Assembly: GCA_034399535.1 (NCBI GenBank)
Contig: DASCSS010000010.1
Coordinates: forward strand, 2,096 to 66,095
Length of the DNA: 64,000 bases
Direction of reading: 5' to 3'
Origin: Candidatus Thalassarchaeaceae archaeon
GTDB lineage: Archaea; Thermoplasmatota; Poseidoniia; Poseidoniales; Thalassarchaeaceae
This document shows positions 1-10,054 of the stretch, one piece after another; position 1 is the first letter of the stretch; each line of letters begins with the position of its first letter. A model generated the notes under the pieces. The model searched no databases, was not told where the DNA came from, and saw only the letters and a program-made list of their open reading frames with translations. A program made the translations under genes and the position numbers.

Positions 1-726
1 ACGAAGGAGGGGGACGAGTACGTGATCAACGGAAGCAAGATGTGGATCACTGGAGCCGGGTACGCAGATTGGTTCTTTGTACTAGGTTACACTGACCGCT
101 CTGCTGGATATAGGGGACTTAGTGGGTTCATCGTTGATGCCGACACACCTGGGGTGGAACTTGGGAAGAAAGAGGAGAACATGGGACAGAGGTGCTCTGA
201 CACCCGAGGCGTTACCTTCAACGACGCTAGGATTCCAGAGGAAAATCTAGTGGGCGGGGTTGAAGGAGGAGGCTGGATGAATGCAATGAAGGCCTTCGAT
301 CACTCTAGGCCGAGCGTGGCGTCACACGCGGTGGGAAACGCACAGGGGGCGATGGAGGAATCTTGGGCTTACGCAAAGGAGAGGTTCACCTTTGGGAAGC
401 CGATCTCCCAACACCAGTCGATATCATTCATGCTTGCAGACATGGCAACAAAGATTGAGGCTGCTAGACTTCTAACACTCAGCGCGGCCAGCGGTCTGGA
501 TAAGGGGGAGGGGGTCACACTGAGGGCAGCTCACGCGAAGAGATTCGCTGCCGACACATGTATGGAAGTAACCACAGACGCGGTACAGGTCCTAGGGGGA
601 TATGGGTACTCGGAAGAATACCCGCTTGCAAGAAGAATGAGGGGGGCGAAGATATACCAGATTTTCGAAGGTACGAGTCAGATCCAGAGGATGATAATCA
701 GTAGGGAGCTAGAGGGTTCCTTCTAG
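1..726 (+). CDS. Acyl-CoA dehydrogenase, C-terminal portion (5' end lies outside the window).
   Basis: The ORF is in frame with position 1. The translation carries the acyl-CoA dehydrogenase C-terminal helical domain (…[35 protein letters not shown]…, [21 protein letters not shown]). Confidence 0.8.
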   Translation, partial: TKEGDEYVINGSKMWITGAGYADWFFVLGYTDRSAGYRGLSGFIVDADTPGVELGKKEENMGQRCSDTRGVTFNDARIPEENLVGGVEGGGWMNAMKAFDHSRPSVASHAVGNAQGAMEESWAYAKERFTFGKPISQHQSISFMLADMATKIEAARLLTLSAASGLDKGEGVTLRAAHAKRFAADTCMEVTTDAVQVLGGYGYSEEYPLARRMRGAKIYQIFEGTSQIQRMIISRELEGSF

Positions 727-1544
727 TCGGCATTTCTTCGCTGGCGAAGAGCCTCTGCAGCCACCACTGCCATTGGTGCCTGAAGATTGTAAGAGGGCAC
801 GAACCCCGACATGGGGACTCGGATTACGGAGTCGGATTTCCCCAGTATCGAATCGGGAATGCCATCGCGCTCACCTCCTACGATCAAAAGAACGTCCCCT
901 GTCAGGACCTCCTCCCATGGCTCTATTTCACCACAGTCCTCTATAGAGACCACCCGGAATCCGGCTTCCTTGGCCCTACGGACGATGTCGTCCCCCTCCA
1001 CCCAGTGGACGGGCATGAATCGGTGGGCCTTCATCGAAGCACGCTTCGCAGCCTTCTTCTCTGTGTGACTAAGATCGCCATCGACGAAGACTGCGCTGGC
1101 CCCGCTGACCTCCGCAGTGCGGATGGTGAAACCTATGTTTACAGGGTAGCGGGCTCCAGCGAGAAGCCACGAAACACCTCCCGAGGCCAGAACATCATCT
1201 ACGCTTGCACTGGGATTCCGGCCGACCAAGGCCAATATTGGAGGTGGGGTCTGGTCTTCGTTAACGCGGGACATCCTCCACATGTCATTATTGGATGCCT
1301 CGAGAACAGGGATCCCCCTACTCTCGGCAGACTCCCGGAGGCGTACTGCTTCGGGGTCAAGGGAGTCCTTCAGGAATAGCACCAAGGAGACTTGCTCGTA
1401 GCCAAGGGCATGGGAAACTTCCTCCACCCCGCAGCGCTGCACATCTATTCCTCCACTGGGAGAAGGGCCTCGTTCCTTCTCATGAACAGATGAGGGGGGG
1501 TTGGATCGTCGTACACTGGCTCCTCGGAGTTCTCGGTCATCCAT
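723..1544 (-). CDS. SpoU/TrmH-family RNA 2'-O-methyltransferase (SPOUT).
   Basis: The C-terminal SPOUT motif block reads [47 protein letters not shown]. The gene is convergent with the upstream ORF and overlaps it by 4 nt. Confidence 0.65.
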   Translation of the reverse strand: MDDRELRGASVRRSNPPSSVHEKERGPSPSGGIDVQRCGVEEVSHALGYEQVSLVLFLKDSLDPEAVRLRESAESRGIPVLEASNNDMWRMSRVNEDQTPPPILALVGRNPSASVDDVLASGGVSWLLAGARYPVNIGFTIRTAEVSGASAVFVDGDLSHTEKKAAKRASMKAHRFMPVHWVEGDDIVRRAKEAGFRVVSIEDCGEIEPWEEVLTGDVLLIVGGERDGIPDSILGKSDSVIRVPMSGFVPSYNLQAPMAVVAAEALRQRRNAD

Positions 1545-1599
1545 CTCAGGAGAGGGTGTGCGGCTTTGATTTTATGACATAGTACTCTGTGGGTCGTTC

Positions 1600-2151
1600 A
1601 TGGAAGTGACTAGGCAGCTAGTTCTAGCATTCACCTTCGTTTTCGGACCCTTGGTCCTAGCCTCCTACGTTTACGGTTTGTCTCATGCTGAGAGTCCCCA
1701 TGATCTATGGGGAGGGGTCCCCAAAGCATGGAGGGCATACATAGTCCCATTCATGTTCGTAGCTGCACTCGGTTTCCTGATGTACTGGTACATCGTTTTC
1801 TTCCAGTTAGACGATGCGACGATGGGTTCCCTGAGGTGGCCCTGGGGGGATTCCGATGGGAAAGGTGCGACTAGGCTACTACTGGCCTATGCGTTGATTC
1901 TGATTCCCTCGGCGCTCTGGATAGAGAGCACAATCCTTCACATGGAGAATGACTTTACTTGGACCAAGACACTGGTAATTGGTACGCTGTTGCTTACTTC
2001 GATCGGGAATGTAATGCTTGGACTACTGGCCTTTGGTGCCCACCAGGATGGAATAGATGGATCTGTACTGATGATGGTCGGAGCGATCATGTTGGCGATT
2101 CAATGTATTCTGAATGACTTTGTAATCTGGGTATACAAGTTTCCATGGTGA
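1600..2151 (+). CDS. Hypothetical integral membrane protein (4-5 TM helices).
   Basis: ATG start. The protein is hydrophobic with repeated TM segments. No family was recognised. Confidence 0.5.
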   Translation: MEVTRQLVLAFTFVFGPLVLASYVYGLSHAESPHDLWGGVPKAWRAYIVPFMFVAALGFLMYWYIVFFQLDDATMGSLRWPWGDSDGKGATRLLLAYALILIPSALWIESTILHMENDFTWTKTLVIGTLLLTSIGNVMLGLLAFGAHQDGIDGSVLMMVGAIMLAIQCILNDFVIWVYKFPW

Positions 2152-2201
2152 TGAATGAGTTGTAACAGTCAATATAATGTCGTGCGCCCCTTGGCGCTGA
2201 C

Positions 2202-3833
2202 GTGTCGTCTGCTTGGATGATTGTCGGAGCATACGCCCTAGCCATGGTAGGATTCGCAGTTTGGGCTCGTCGAGATATTGGAAGAGAGGATGAGTCGTAT
2301 TACCTAGCCGGAAGGAGCCTCTCTGGGCCTGTCCTCCTAATCACGATGGCAGCTACGAACTTCAGTGCATTTACTGTCTACGGATCGAGTGGTGCTTCGT
2401 ACAAGATAGGTCTGTCATTCCTGCCGATAATGGCCTTCGGTACTGGTTTCATGGCAGTTTCGATGTACTTTCTGGGGAGGAAAGTGCGTTCCCGGTCAAT
2501 AGAGCACGGTGCAATGACTGCACCGGAGATGGTGAGGGGGCAAACGGGATCCAGGGGTGCGCAAGTCACCATGGCGACCGTGCTGATTCTGGCCACGATT
2601 CCTTATCTCGCACTACAACCTAGGGCAGCAGGAATTGTGGTCTCTGCACTCTTCGGGGGTGATGAGTGGATCGGAGCGGTTCTGGTTACGGCCCTAGTAG
2701 TCGCTTACACGCTCACTGGGGGCCTGAAAGCGGTTGTGAGGACGGACGCGGTGCAGGGTGCAATCGCATTGGGACTTCTGTGGCTCGGACTTGTAATGGT
2801 GATTAATGATGCTGGGGGGCTCGATGTCGCTATGGAAACAATCTCCTTGTCCGAGGAAAATTCGGGGCTACTGAGCAGGGAGGGGAACTACACACTTCTA
2901 ATTTGGACCAGTACAATGCTCCTTTGGCTATTCGCAGACCCCATGTTCCCCCAGCTATACCAGAGGCTGTGTGCCGCTGAGAGCGACTTGGCGATTGGGA
3001 GGATGGCGATCCTGTACCCGGCGGTTGCATGGTTGGCTTTCCTGCCTCCAATCTTGATCGGGACGATGGGTCACCTTAGTCACACTGGACTAGATAAGAC
3101 GGGATCGGACAACATTCTACCGACCATGATCATGGATGTCGGAGGTGAATGGCTAGGAGGACTCGTTCTAGTTGCGGGTCTTGCGGCATTGATGTCCACA
3201 ATGGATTCGCAGCTACTTGCAACGGGTTCCCTGGTTACTAGAGACCTGGTGCCTAAAGAAGCTCAAGGTAATTGGGGCAGGGAGTCAGTGATCGTCGCTC
3301 TGGCACTGCTTGGACTGATGCTTTCTCTTTGGTCGGATCTCTCGATACTAAACTTGGGGCTTCTTGCCTTCTCGATGTACGCGGTGATGTTCCCCTCCGT
3401 GTTTGCTGCAGCGCATTTCGACAGCATTGACGGGCGGGCGGTGATTGCCTCAATCGTTGCAGGGGAGGCAGTGGTGTTACTGGCCATATTCTCCCCCGAA
3501 TCATTCGACGGGTGGTGGGTGCAGCCTGTGAAGGGTGCGATGCCTACGGCAGTAATACCCTCAATTGTGGCTGCATTGGTTGCTTTGTTGTCAGCACAAT
3601 TTGCCTGCTCGAGAGAGGTGTCGATTGGTCAGTGGGATGGAATTGGTTACAGAGAAATTGTGCCCATGATCGGACTTGTGGCTGTGTTTGTTCTCGCTCA
3701 GGACTTTTGGTGGTGGAAGGAGGGTGAAGTGTGGGCATTTGGTCTGCCGATTTGGGTTTGGTGGGCTGCTGCATTATCAGTGGTGCAGACCTTGATTATG
3801 AGAAAGATGGTTGAGAACCTGGCGGCCCGTTAG
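2202..3833 (+). CDS. Sodium:solute symporter family (SSS) transporter.
   Basis: 543-aa polytopic protein with SSF-like N-terminal signature (MAATNFSAFTVYGSSGASYKIGLSF…) and about 13 TM helices. Start is GTG at 2202 or ATG at 2217. Confidence 0.75.
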   Translation: MSSAWMIVGAYALAMVGFAVWARRDIGREDESYYLAGRSLSGPVLLITMAATNFSAFTVYGSSGASYKIGLSFLPIMAFGTGFMAVSMYFLGRKVRSRSIEHGAMTAPEMVRGQTGSRGAQVTMATVLILATIPYLALQPRAAGIVVSALFGGDEWIGAVLVTALVVAYTLTGGLKAVVRTDAVQGAIALGLLWLGLVMVINDAGGLDVAMETISLSEENSGLLSREGNYTLLIWTSTMLLWLFADPMFPQLYQRLCAAESDLAIGRMAILYPAVAWLAFLPPILIGTMGHLSHTGLDKTGSDNILPTMIMDVGGEWLGGLVLVAGLAALMSTMDSQLLATGSLVTRDLVPKEAQGNWGRESVIVALALLGLMLSLWSDLSILNLGLLAFSMYAVMFPSVFAAAHFDSIDGRAVIASIVAGEAVVLLAIFSPESFDGWWVQPVKGAMPTAVIPSIVAALVALLSAQFACSREVSIGQWDGIGYREIVPMIGLVAVFVLAQDFWWWKEGEVWAFGLPIWVWWAAALSVVQTLIMRKMVENLAAR

Positions 3834-3863
3834 AGTCAAGTTCAGGACTGCTCTGAACGATTC

Positions 3864-4070
3864 ATGGGATTTGGGCGGGCAGTGCTTTTTGCCTTGCTGG
3901 CTACCGTGCCGGGAGTGATACTTGCCCTAGTCGGATGGGCAGTCAGTGGGAGTCCGGAAGAGTGGAACCACACTATGTGGCTGAGCTGCTATGCGCCATT
4001 CTTCGGATGCGTGATTGCCGGATTCATGATTGGTTTGAGAGGAGGGGGGGAATATGGGATGGAGGGCTGA
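3864..4070 (+). CDS. Small two-TM membrane protein, possible accessory subunit of the upstream symporter.
   Basis: 68 aa with two hydrophobic helices. Lies 30 nt downstream of the SSS transporter gene. It overlaps the 5' end of the nth ORF, so either this gene or the long form of the nth start is wrong. Confidence 0.3.
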   Translation: MGFGRAVLFALLATVPGVILALVGWAVSGSPEEWNHTMWLSCYAPFFGCVIAGFMIGLRGGGEYGMEG

Positions 4071-4720
4071 GATTGCGTCGGGCCGATAAGGCAGATAGGA
4101 TCGGCAAGAAGTTGGACGAGCTCTATCCGGAGACTCCCATTCCACTAAACCACTCCGACCCCTATTCTCTCCTTGTAGCAGTAATGCTATCTGCCCAGAC
4201 CACAGACAAAAAGGTCAACGAGGTCACTCCGAGATTGTTTGAGATTGCGGGTAATCCGGAGGAAATGGCCGCCCTGCATGCTGACGAGATTCACGAGATA
4301 ATCAGGGAGATCGGGCTGGCTCCGACGAAGGCCGGGAACCTCAAGAAGATGGCTGAGCAGATTATCGAAGACGGAAGTGGGATTCGTCCGGACTGGGATT
4401 TCCTGGAGTCGCTGGCCGGAGTGGGTCACAAGACAGCAAGTGTGGTGATGAGCCAGGCCTTCGGAATTCCTGCTTTCCCGGTTGATACTCACATACACAG
4501 GCTGGCAGCCAGATGGGGCTTATCGGATGGGAGGAACGTGACCAAGACTGAGAGAGACCTGAAAGCAGTCTTCCCGGAAGATTCCTGGAACAGGAGGCAT
4601 TTGCAGATCATCTACTTCGGAAGGGAGCACTGTCCGGCTCTAAGGCACGACCTGCGGGGGTGTCCGATTTGCTCCTGGGCATCGACAAAGAAGAGGATTA
4701 GGGAGGAGATGGGTGTTTGA
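3935..4720 (+). CDS. nth: Endonuclease III (Nth; HhH-GPD DNA glycosylase with [4Fe-4S] cluster).
   Basis: HhH-GPD motifs (LLVAVMLSAQTTDKKVNEVT…GVGHKTASVVMSQAFGIPAFPVDTHIHRLAARWGL) and a C-terminal C-X6-C-X2-C-X5-C cluster (CPALRHDLRGCPICSWAS). The true start is probably internal, for example TTG near 4073, giving about 215 aa. Confidence 0.8.
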   Translation: MGSQWESGRVEPHYVAELLCAILRMRDCRIHDWFERRGGIWDGGLRLRRADKADRIGKKLDELYPETPIPLNHSDPYSLLVAVMLSAQTTDKKVNEVTPRLFEIAGNPEEMAALHADEIHEIIREIGLAPTKAGNLKKMAEQIIEDGSGIRPDWDFLESLAGVGHKTASVVMSQAFGIPAFPVDTHIHRLAARWGLSDGRNVTKTERDLKAVFPEDSWNRRHLQIIYFGREHCPALRHDLRGCPICSWASTKKRIREEMGV

Positions 4721-5285
4721 AATGGACGTCTTCGTGGGGAGGATCACATCTACCGGTTTCTCTAGTGGAGATAGGATCGTAATCGGCGACTGGAAAGAGT
4801 CCCCTCTGGGCGGTTTCACGAATATTATGTGGGCCAAACATGACGGGACCAGAGTTCTTCTTTCTCCTTCGAAGAAGCATGCCGATTACGTTTCTGGACT
4901 ATACAGCTTCGAAGAGGTGCGCATTACCGAAATCGATGTGCTGAGATCGAAGGGGGAGGTTTCGGTGAAGGGAGGAGGCCTATCTGTTCGGATTTCGTGG
5001 GGAAGTGCCGTCCCCCTTCCCTTCTGGAGGCCACTATGGTTCGTTGCCAGTGTGGAGGCTGTCCTCGGAAGAGCAATCTTTGGTACCAAGACCTACGGTA
5101 GGACGAGGGATGATAGGAGGGGATGGTACTCCGTAAGGTCGATATCAAGGGTCCTGGAAGCCGAGGGCGACATCAATGGCAAGAAGCTCGGACAGAAGGA
5201 GAGGTTCCACACTACTGCATGCTTCGGTTTCAGTGAGCCACCCCCAATGCCAACATCTGTTACTCTGAAATCCTACATCCAGTAA
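4713..5285 (+). CDS. Hypothetical protein, translationally coupled to nth.
   Basis: The ATG overlaps the nth stop by 8 nt. 190 aa with no recognisable motif. Confidence 0.45.
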   Translation: MFEMDVFVGRITSTGFSSGDRIVIGDWKESPLGGFTNIMWAKHDGTRVLLSPSKKHADYVSGLYSFEEVRITEIDVLRSKGEVSVKGGGLSVRISWGSAVPLPFWRPLWFVASVEAVLGRAIFGTKTYGRTRDDRRGWYSVRSISRVLEAEGDINGKKLGQKERFHTTACFGFSEPPPMPTSVTLKSYIQ

Positions 5286-5322
5286 TGGTAGTCTTCATGA
5301 GTTAGGGTCGATACGAGGTTGC

Positions 5323-5799
5323 ATGACAACTGTGAAGCTTTCAATTGGGGACAGAGCTCCTGACTTCTATATGCCGATAACGGATGGTTCAACCGTCAAA
5401 CTCTCAGAAATCCTCTCTTCAGGGGAGAAGGTGATTCTGTACTTCTACCCCAGAGATAACACTCCTGGATGCACCACTCAGGCTTGCGACTTCAGGGATA
5501 ACTTCAGCAGATTGGCCGAGAGTGGTTGGCGTGTTCTGGGAGTTTCCACGGACAGTGCAAAATCCCATCAGAAGTTCATCGACAAGCATGAGTTGCCGTT
5601 CGATCTTATCGTGGACGAAGGGTCATCGCTCCACGAGGCCTATGGAACTTGGAGGGAGAAGAACATGTACGGCAAGACGTACATGGGAACCCTAAGGTCC
5701 ACTTTCGCAATCGGCTCCGACGGGACTATCGTCTGGGTGGGTTACGGTGTGAAGACAAAGGGTCACGTGGAATCACTAATGGAGTCGTTGAATGTCTAG
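5323..5799 (+). CDS. bcp: Peroxiredoxin of the Bcp type (AhpC/TSA family thiol peroxidase).
   Basis: Peroxidatic Cys context KVILYFYPRDNTPGCTTQACDFRD. Size of 158 aa is typical of Bcp. Confidence 0.85.
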   Translation: MTTVKLSIGDRAPDFYMPITDGSTVKLSEILSSGEKVILYFYPRDNTPGCTTQACDFRDNFSRLAESGWRVLGVSTDSAKSHQKFIDKHELPFDLIVDEGSSLHEAYGTWREKNMYGKTYMGTLRSTFAIGSDGTIVWVGYGVKTKGHVESLMESLNV

Positions 5800-6007
5800 T
5801 GAAAGTGTCTTGGAAGAAAGAAGGCGACTAGTCATTGGCTTCCTGCGACGCTGTGTGAGATACGCCAATGATTCGATCGAAAGGAAGAGGGAGCGAGGTG
5901 ATGACGAGGGGGACATAGCCAAGTGGCTAGCCTACAGGGACTTCACGGATCACGCGATCATGGAGGTCTCCAACGGGGACCTCGACTCGTGGCTAGAGGA
6001 CGAGTGA
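5792..6007 (+). CDS. Small acidic hypothetical protein (71 aa) coupled to bcp.
   Basis: The ATG lies inside the bcp stop region (…ATGTCTAGTGA…) and overlaps bcp by 8 nt. No homology recognised. Confidence 0.3.
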   Translation: MSSESVLEERRRLVIGFLRRCVRYANDSIERKRERGDDEGDIAKWLAYRDFTDHAIMEVSNGDLDSWLEDE

Positions 6008-6052
6008 ACCGTTGGACTGACTAGATCCCGCTTAGTCGATATTTCGCAATTT

Positions 6053-6538
6053 CTAGTCGCCTATTGCTCGGTCCAATGCAGGAGAGCCCAGTCTGTGCTT
6101 GTGTGTGTCGACTCTCATCATTGCCCCTGCGATCATCAGCAAGGTGTCAGACTCATTTAGTGCGAAAACTGGCAATCTCATCCGCTCTCCTAGCCCCTCT
6201 ACGCGCCTAGAGCAAACAGACTGTTGACTAGGCATGTGATTGAGAGAATTCAGATCGACGATTACCATGTCTCCCATCGAGAGGTTCTGCTCTGTGCCAT
6301 CGAGAGGGAGTCGGTGGAGATCGTCCGGTTCGAGATAGATAACTCGCCTACTTGGCCTCTCGGACATTCTCGATGTTCTCTCTGCCCACCTCGGTTCGCC
6401 TAAATCGTGGAACCGATTCCCGGCGCTGGGCCCAGGATCGACTGCCACCTTGCTTCTGCCCGCCCTCGTCTTGGGTGCGGCGTTCGGGTTGGGCAGACCA
6501 AGGAGCCGGAATAGATTGACCACGTCGGGCCCGAGCAC
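6053..6538 (-). CDS. Hypothetical protein, possibly SepF-like (DUF552) cell-division protein.
   Basis: The C-terminal segment RVIYLEPDDL…MVIVDLNSL…LPVFALNESDTLLMIAG resembles the SepF fold signature (…VvlePrsy…vvvNLerl…vyAlgG.i.rig.difL). GTG start overlaps the TAG stop of the upstream surface-protein gene by 1 nt. Weak call. Confidence 0.35.
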   Translation of the reverse strand: MLGPDVVNLFRLLGLPNPNAAPKTRAGRSKVAVDPGPSAGNRFHDLGEPRWAERTSRMSERPSRRVIYLEPDDLHRLPLDGTEQNLSMGDMVIVDLNSLNHMPSQQSVCSRRVEGLGERMRLPVFALNESDTLLMIAGAMMRVDTHKHRLGSPALDRAIGD

Positions 6539-9500
6539 TACTCCTCAAAGAGGGCTTCGATATCATCCAAGTCCAAGACGCCCTTTTCGACGGGTTCTGA
6601 AGAATCCGAGGATGGTACATGATCACTGGGTCCGCTGGAGGGCCTGCTACCTGTGAGCTCCGCCAATACATCATCAAGGCCATCGATGATATGCCTGGGC
6701 AACTTGGTTTCGGGTGTTTCTTCGGCGGGCGGTCGGATAGCGGCTTGGAGTTGGTGCCTCTCCTCGGAGGGGCCATCGAAGGCGTCATCGAAATCCAAGG
6801 GCTCCTCTTCCTTTGGTGGTTCTTTCCCCTTTGTTTGAGTTGTTCTAAGTACTAGGAAAACCGTACCGGCGATCCCCAATAATCCTATGATTACAAACAG
6901 AAGATTTGACTTCAATGATTCTGAAAGACTGAATGGTGCCTCTGCGACATGGATATCCATTGTTACGGAGTGGCTGGAACTCTCGTCGAGTACAGTGAGC
7001 TTGGCTTGCTTAGGCCCCTCGGAATCATAGGAAAACTCAATCCACCTCCCCGTATAATCTTCATCATTGGAGGGGTTTCCGTCTCCATCCGAGTCTTTTG
7101 TGATATCGATATCCCAGATGAACTGAAGCGAATCCATGTCAATCTGTGAATCGATTGTGCCATTAGCGGAAAGAACGATTTTGTCCCCCTCAGTGGGATT
7201 TACCACACTTGCTGATGCCATTGCAGCGGGTGGTGAGTTGATAACTTCGATTGGGATTTCCAAGTAATCCGAGTCGCCATCATCATCGGTAACATGGAAG
7301 ACAATGTGATTTGGGGCTGTCAAAGCATTGGGCCATGAGTGGACTAGGGTTCGGGAGGGGAAATCGCAGTCGTTATCTCCCAAACCGTCGGAGTCGGAGT
7401 CTTCCGATGGATCCAAATCGAAACAGTAGGATAGGGTGGGCAAGTCGTTGCTAGTATCGGAGACAATGACCTCGATGGTGATTTCTTCATCCTCCTCAAG
7501 CGTCTGAAGGTTTGAAATGGGGGAAATCGATGGTGGCAGATTGTTGACCTGGATTGGCACGATTAGGGCATCGGCCTGGGCCCCGTTGTCATCCGAAACC
7601 TGTAGAGTTGCTAGGTGCATCCCAGATGTGTTGAATCCATGGTCAAACACCGTGCTTATCCTCCCAACACTAGTGAAATTTAGTTCTGGATAGTACTCGG
7701 CATCTGGCCGCCATACATGGATGAGGGAATCCAAATCATTGCTAGAGTCTTCTGCTTGGCCCCAAAAAGAAATCTCCTCTCCCTCATCGACCACGAAAAC
7801 CCCCCTACTGTCAGGAAAAATTCTGGATTCGTCGATATACAGCTCTGCAATAGGGTTGCTCGGGGCTATGTTGGTCACGTTTACCACATACGTTGCTTGA
7901 GTGGTGGCGCCATCATCGTCCGTGGCTAGAATCTCAATTGCATACGCCCCTTCCACCATTGGAGTGACGGTGCAAGACTGACCCACCCTTCCCTCCTGGC
8001 AATCGGGGCCCCAGAGTAGCTCAACTGGTGCTGAAGGGTTCTGGGAGTCAATGTCGCTGCTTTCCACAACTTGGAAGGTAATAGGGTGTGTGACTACGAC
8101 CTCATCACTTTCTGCTCCGATTAGTATCTCAGGTGGGCGGTTGTGAACTGTGATTGACAGTTGCTCTTGGTCAATGTCATTCTCTTCGTCCGACACTATC
8201 AGGAAAACGTCGTACTCCCCTTCATCATCCCAACTCCACTCAAAAATGCAGTCTTGCTCGACTGATTCCAGTATGCTACCATCCACTTTCTCAACCCTGA
8301 AATTGCATACCAGGCCCCCTCCATCGGGATCAGATGAGAGGGTCCCATCAAAAGAGACTGGGTCCATGGTCGGGGTCTCGTTGATAGAGGAGAGTGAAGC
8401 AATAGGAATAGCACCGATGTACAGTAAGAATGAGCCGTGGTTGTTTGTGCGATTTCCGTCTTCGCTAATCTCCTCGTTTGGGTCTACGGAGAAATCGAAG
8501 TATACGTTACCATATGCCTGGGACGAAGGTACGGTCCAGTTTAGTTCGACCCTTGACTCCTGGAGGCTGGAAAGAGGAGGCACGATTCCGTTGACTGAAG
8601 TGCCATCTGGTGCAAGGATTGCCAATACGGAGGACGGGGACGAAATCAGCCCTCTGTTCAAAACGGGTATGGAGAAGGTCAGAGTATCCCCCTCAATCGC
8701 AGTGAACCCGATGCTGGGGTCTAATGTGATAGAGCCCCCAGTTGAGTATCTGTGCCTTTGTACGGTCACTCCCTCAGACCTAGCAACCAGATCTATCTCG
8801 TGAATATTGGAGTCGATTACCAAAGATCTGGCACCAATGACATCATCGGATCCGATCCATGCAATTAGGCCATGACTGCCCAGTTCCCCAGGTCCAACAG
8901 TGCTGTCGGCATTGTCTCCGGAATTGAAGATAAGGTGGTAGGAACCATTCGCATCAGTAGTTACGTTCTGGAATAGCTGTTCGGACTCGTACCTGAACTG
9001 TAGGTCCTGAGCGCCGACGGGCTGACCTTGGTTCGAAACATTGACCCACGCAGAGATATCTATGCCAATTGGTGACAAGGGGTACTCGATGTCGATCGAT
9101 ATCGATTTCCCCCTCTGAACGGGCTGGTAAGATGTGAGTTCGTGGACGGCCAGAAAGCCGAAACTCTGCACTACTGAGCTCTTAACTTCCCCTCGGATTG
9201 CGGGGCAGTACCAATTGTATCCCGCCTCATCACCATCCGAGTCGTAGTTGGTGACATTGTACGACTGATAGCATCCAGGGTAGGAGACTCCGGAGTTGCC
9301 TTGGCTGACGACAGCCCAGCTAGTCGTGTTCGAATCGCTAGTATCGTCGGGAATGTCAACATAATTGCTTGATCCACTGTAATCTGTATCCTGTTGGAAG
9401 TCCATTTCCCATGACTCCCCCACTCCCAACGGGAAATCGTAATTCTCCAGGGGTGGGTCATACGAGTTGTCTACGTTCAGAAGCCCGATGGTTTGTCTGA

Positions 9501-10011
9501 AAGACGACCAGCAGCTGCCGAATATTACCGGATCGAAGTAGACGTTGATTGCTGCATCCTGCGAGTGCGTGGCCATGTCAGAAGCCCGGATGATTTCCGT
9601 GGTCTCCATGTCCACATAGAGACACCCACTGGTACCGTCAATGCTGATGACTCCGTTGGATTCGTATGATCCTACCGATAGTACCTCATAGACCAGAGCC
9701 GAGTTGCCATCGATTTCGGCGAGATAGATGTCCGCGACCGTACGGTCCAAGGTCCCCTCCAAAGTCTCAACATTAGATTGGACCCCAGATTCGGCAACGA
9801 AATCTGCGACGTCCAGATACCCGTCATACATCCAATTATCATTTATCCGCCAATCGGCAACATCCACAGTGCTAGTCGTCCTGCCGGATACCCAGATCAC
9901 TTCGTCTCTCTGAAGCTCAGTATCCTGATTGTTAAGGCCTAACCACGCAAATGAGATTGATGATATGACCATCACTGCAACCAGAAGAGTGGCCGTGCAC
10001 CTCGTCCTCAT
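6538..10011 (-). CDS. Large cell-surface protein (1157 aa) with PKD/Ig-like repeats, C-terminal TM anchor and acidic cytoplasmic tail.
   Basis: N-terminal signal/TM (MRTRCTATLLVAVMVISSISFAWLG). Multiple beta-sandwich repeats with DxDxDG-like calcium motifs (DSDSDGLGDNDCD, DSDGDGNPSNDED). TM helix (LLFVIIGLLGIAGTVFLVL) followed by a Pro/Glu/Asp-rich tail ending DDIEALFEE. Confidence 0.75.
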   Translation of the reverse strand: MRTRCTATLLVAVMVISSISFAWLGLNNQDTELQRDEVIWVSGRTTSTVDVADWRINDNWMYDGYLDVADFVAESGVQSNVETLEGTLDRTVADIYLAEIDGNSALVYEVLSVGSYESNGVISIDGTSGCLYVDMETTEIIRASDMATHSQDAAINVYFDPVIFGSCWSSFRQTIGLLNVDNSYDPPLENYDFPLGVGESWEMDFQQDTDYSGSSNYVDIPDDTSDSNTTSWAVVSQGNSGVSYPGCYQSYNVTNYDSDGDEAGYNWYCPAIRGEVKSSVVQSFGFLAVHELTSYQPVQRGKSISIDIEYPLSPIGIDISAWVNVSNQGQPVGAQDLQFRYESEQLFQNVTTDANGSYHLIFNSGDNADSTVGPGELGSHGLIAWIGSDDVIGARSLVIDSNIHEIDLVARSEGVTVQRHRYSTGGSITLDPSIGFTAIEGDTLTFSIPVLNRGLISSPSSVLAILAPDGTSVNGIVPPLSSLQESRVELNWTVPSSQAYGNVYFDFSVDPNEEISEDGNRTNNHGSFLLYIGAIPIASLSSINETPTMDPVSFDGTLSSDPDGGGLVCNFRVEKVDGSILESVEQDCIFEWSWDDEGEYDVFLIVSDEENDIDQEQLSITVHNRPPEILIGAESDEVVVTHPITFQVVESSDIDSQNPSAPVELLWGPDCQEGRVGQSCTVTPMVEGAYAIEILATDDDGATTQATYVVNVTNIAPSNPIAELYIDESRIFPDSRGVFVVDEGEEISFWGQAEDSSNDLDSLIHVWRPDAEYYPELNFTSVGRISTVFDHGFNTSGMHLATLQVSDDNGAQADALIVPIQVNNLPPSISPISNLQTLEEDEEITIEVIVSDTSNDLPTLSYCFDLDPSEDSDSDGLGDNDCDFPSRTLVHSWPNALTAPNHIVFHVTDDDGDSDYLEIPIEVINSPPAAMASASVVNPTEGDKIVLSANGTIDSQIDMDSLQFIWDIDITKDSDGDGNPSNDEDYTGRWIEFSYDSEGPKQAKLTVLDESSSHSVTMDIHVAEAPFSLSESLKSNLLFVIIGLLGIAGTVFLVLRTTQTKGKEPPKEEEPLDFDDAFDGPSEERHQLQAAIRPPAEETPETKLPRHIIDGLDDVLAELTGSRPSSGPSDHVPSSDSSEPVEKGVLDLDDIEALFEE

Positions 10012-10054
10012 CGGCCATCATGGGGGCCAGCCCAATAATAGTGATTCGCACGGG

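Noticed and set aside
6348-6788. 146-aa Pro/Arg-rich ORF overlapping the SepF-like gene and the 3' end of the surface-protein gene.
   Set aside because: It is low-complexity and overlaps two better-supported genes in another frame. It is likely spurious.
8150-8803. 217-aa Ser-rich ORF on the + strand inside the surface-protein gene.
   Set aside because: It is antisense to the 1157-aa surface protein ORF and is low-complexity and Ser/Thr-rich, as expected for the reverse frame of an Asp/Glu/Ser-rich gene.
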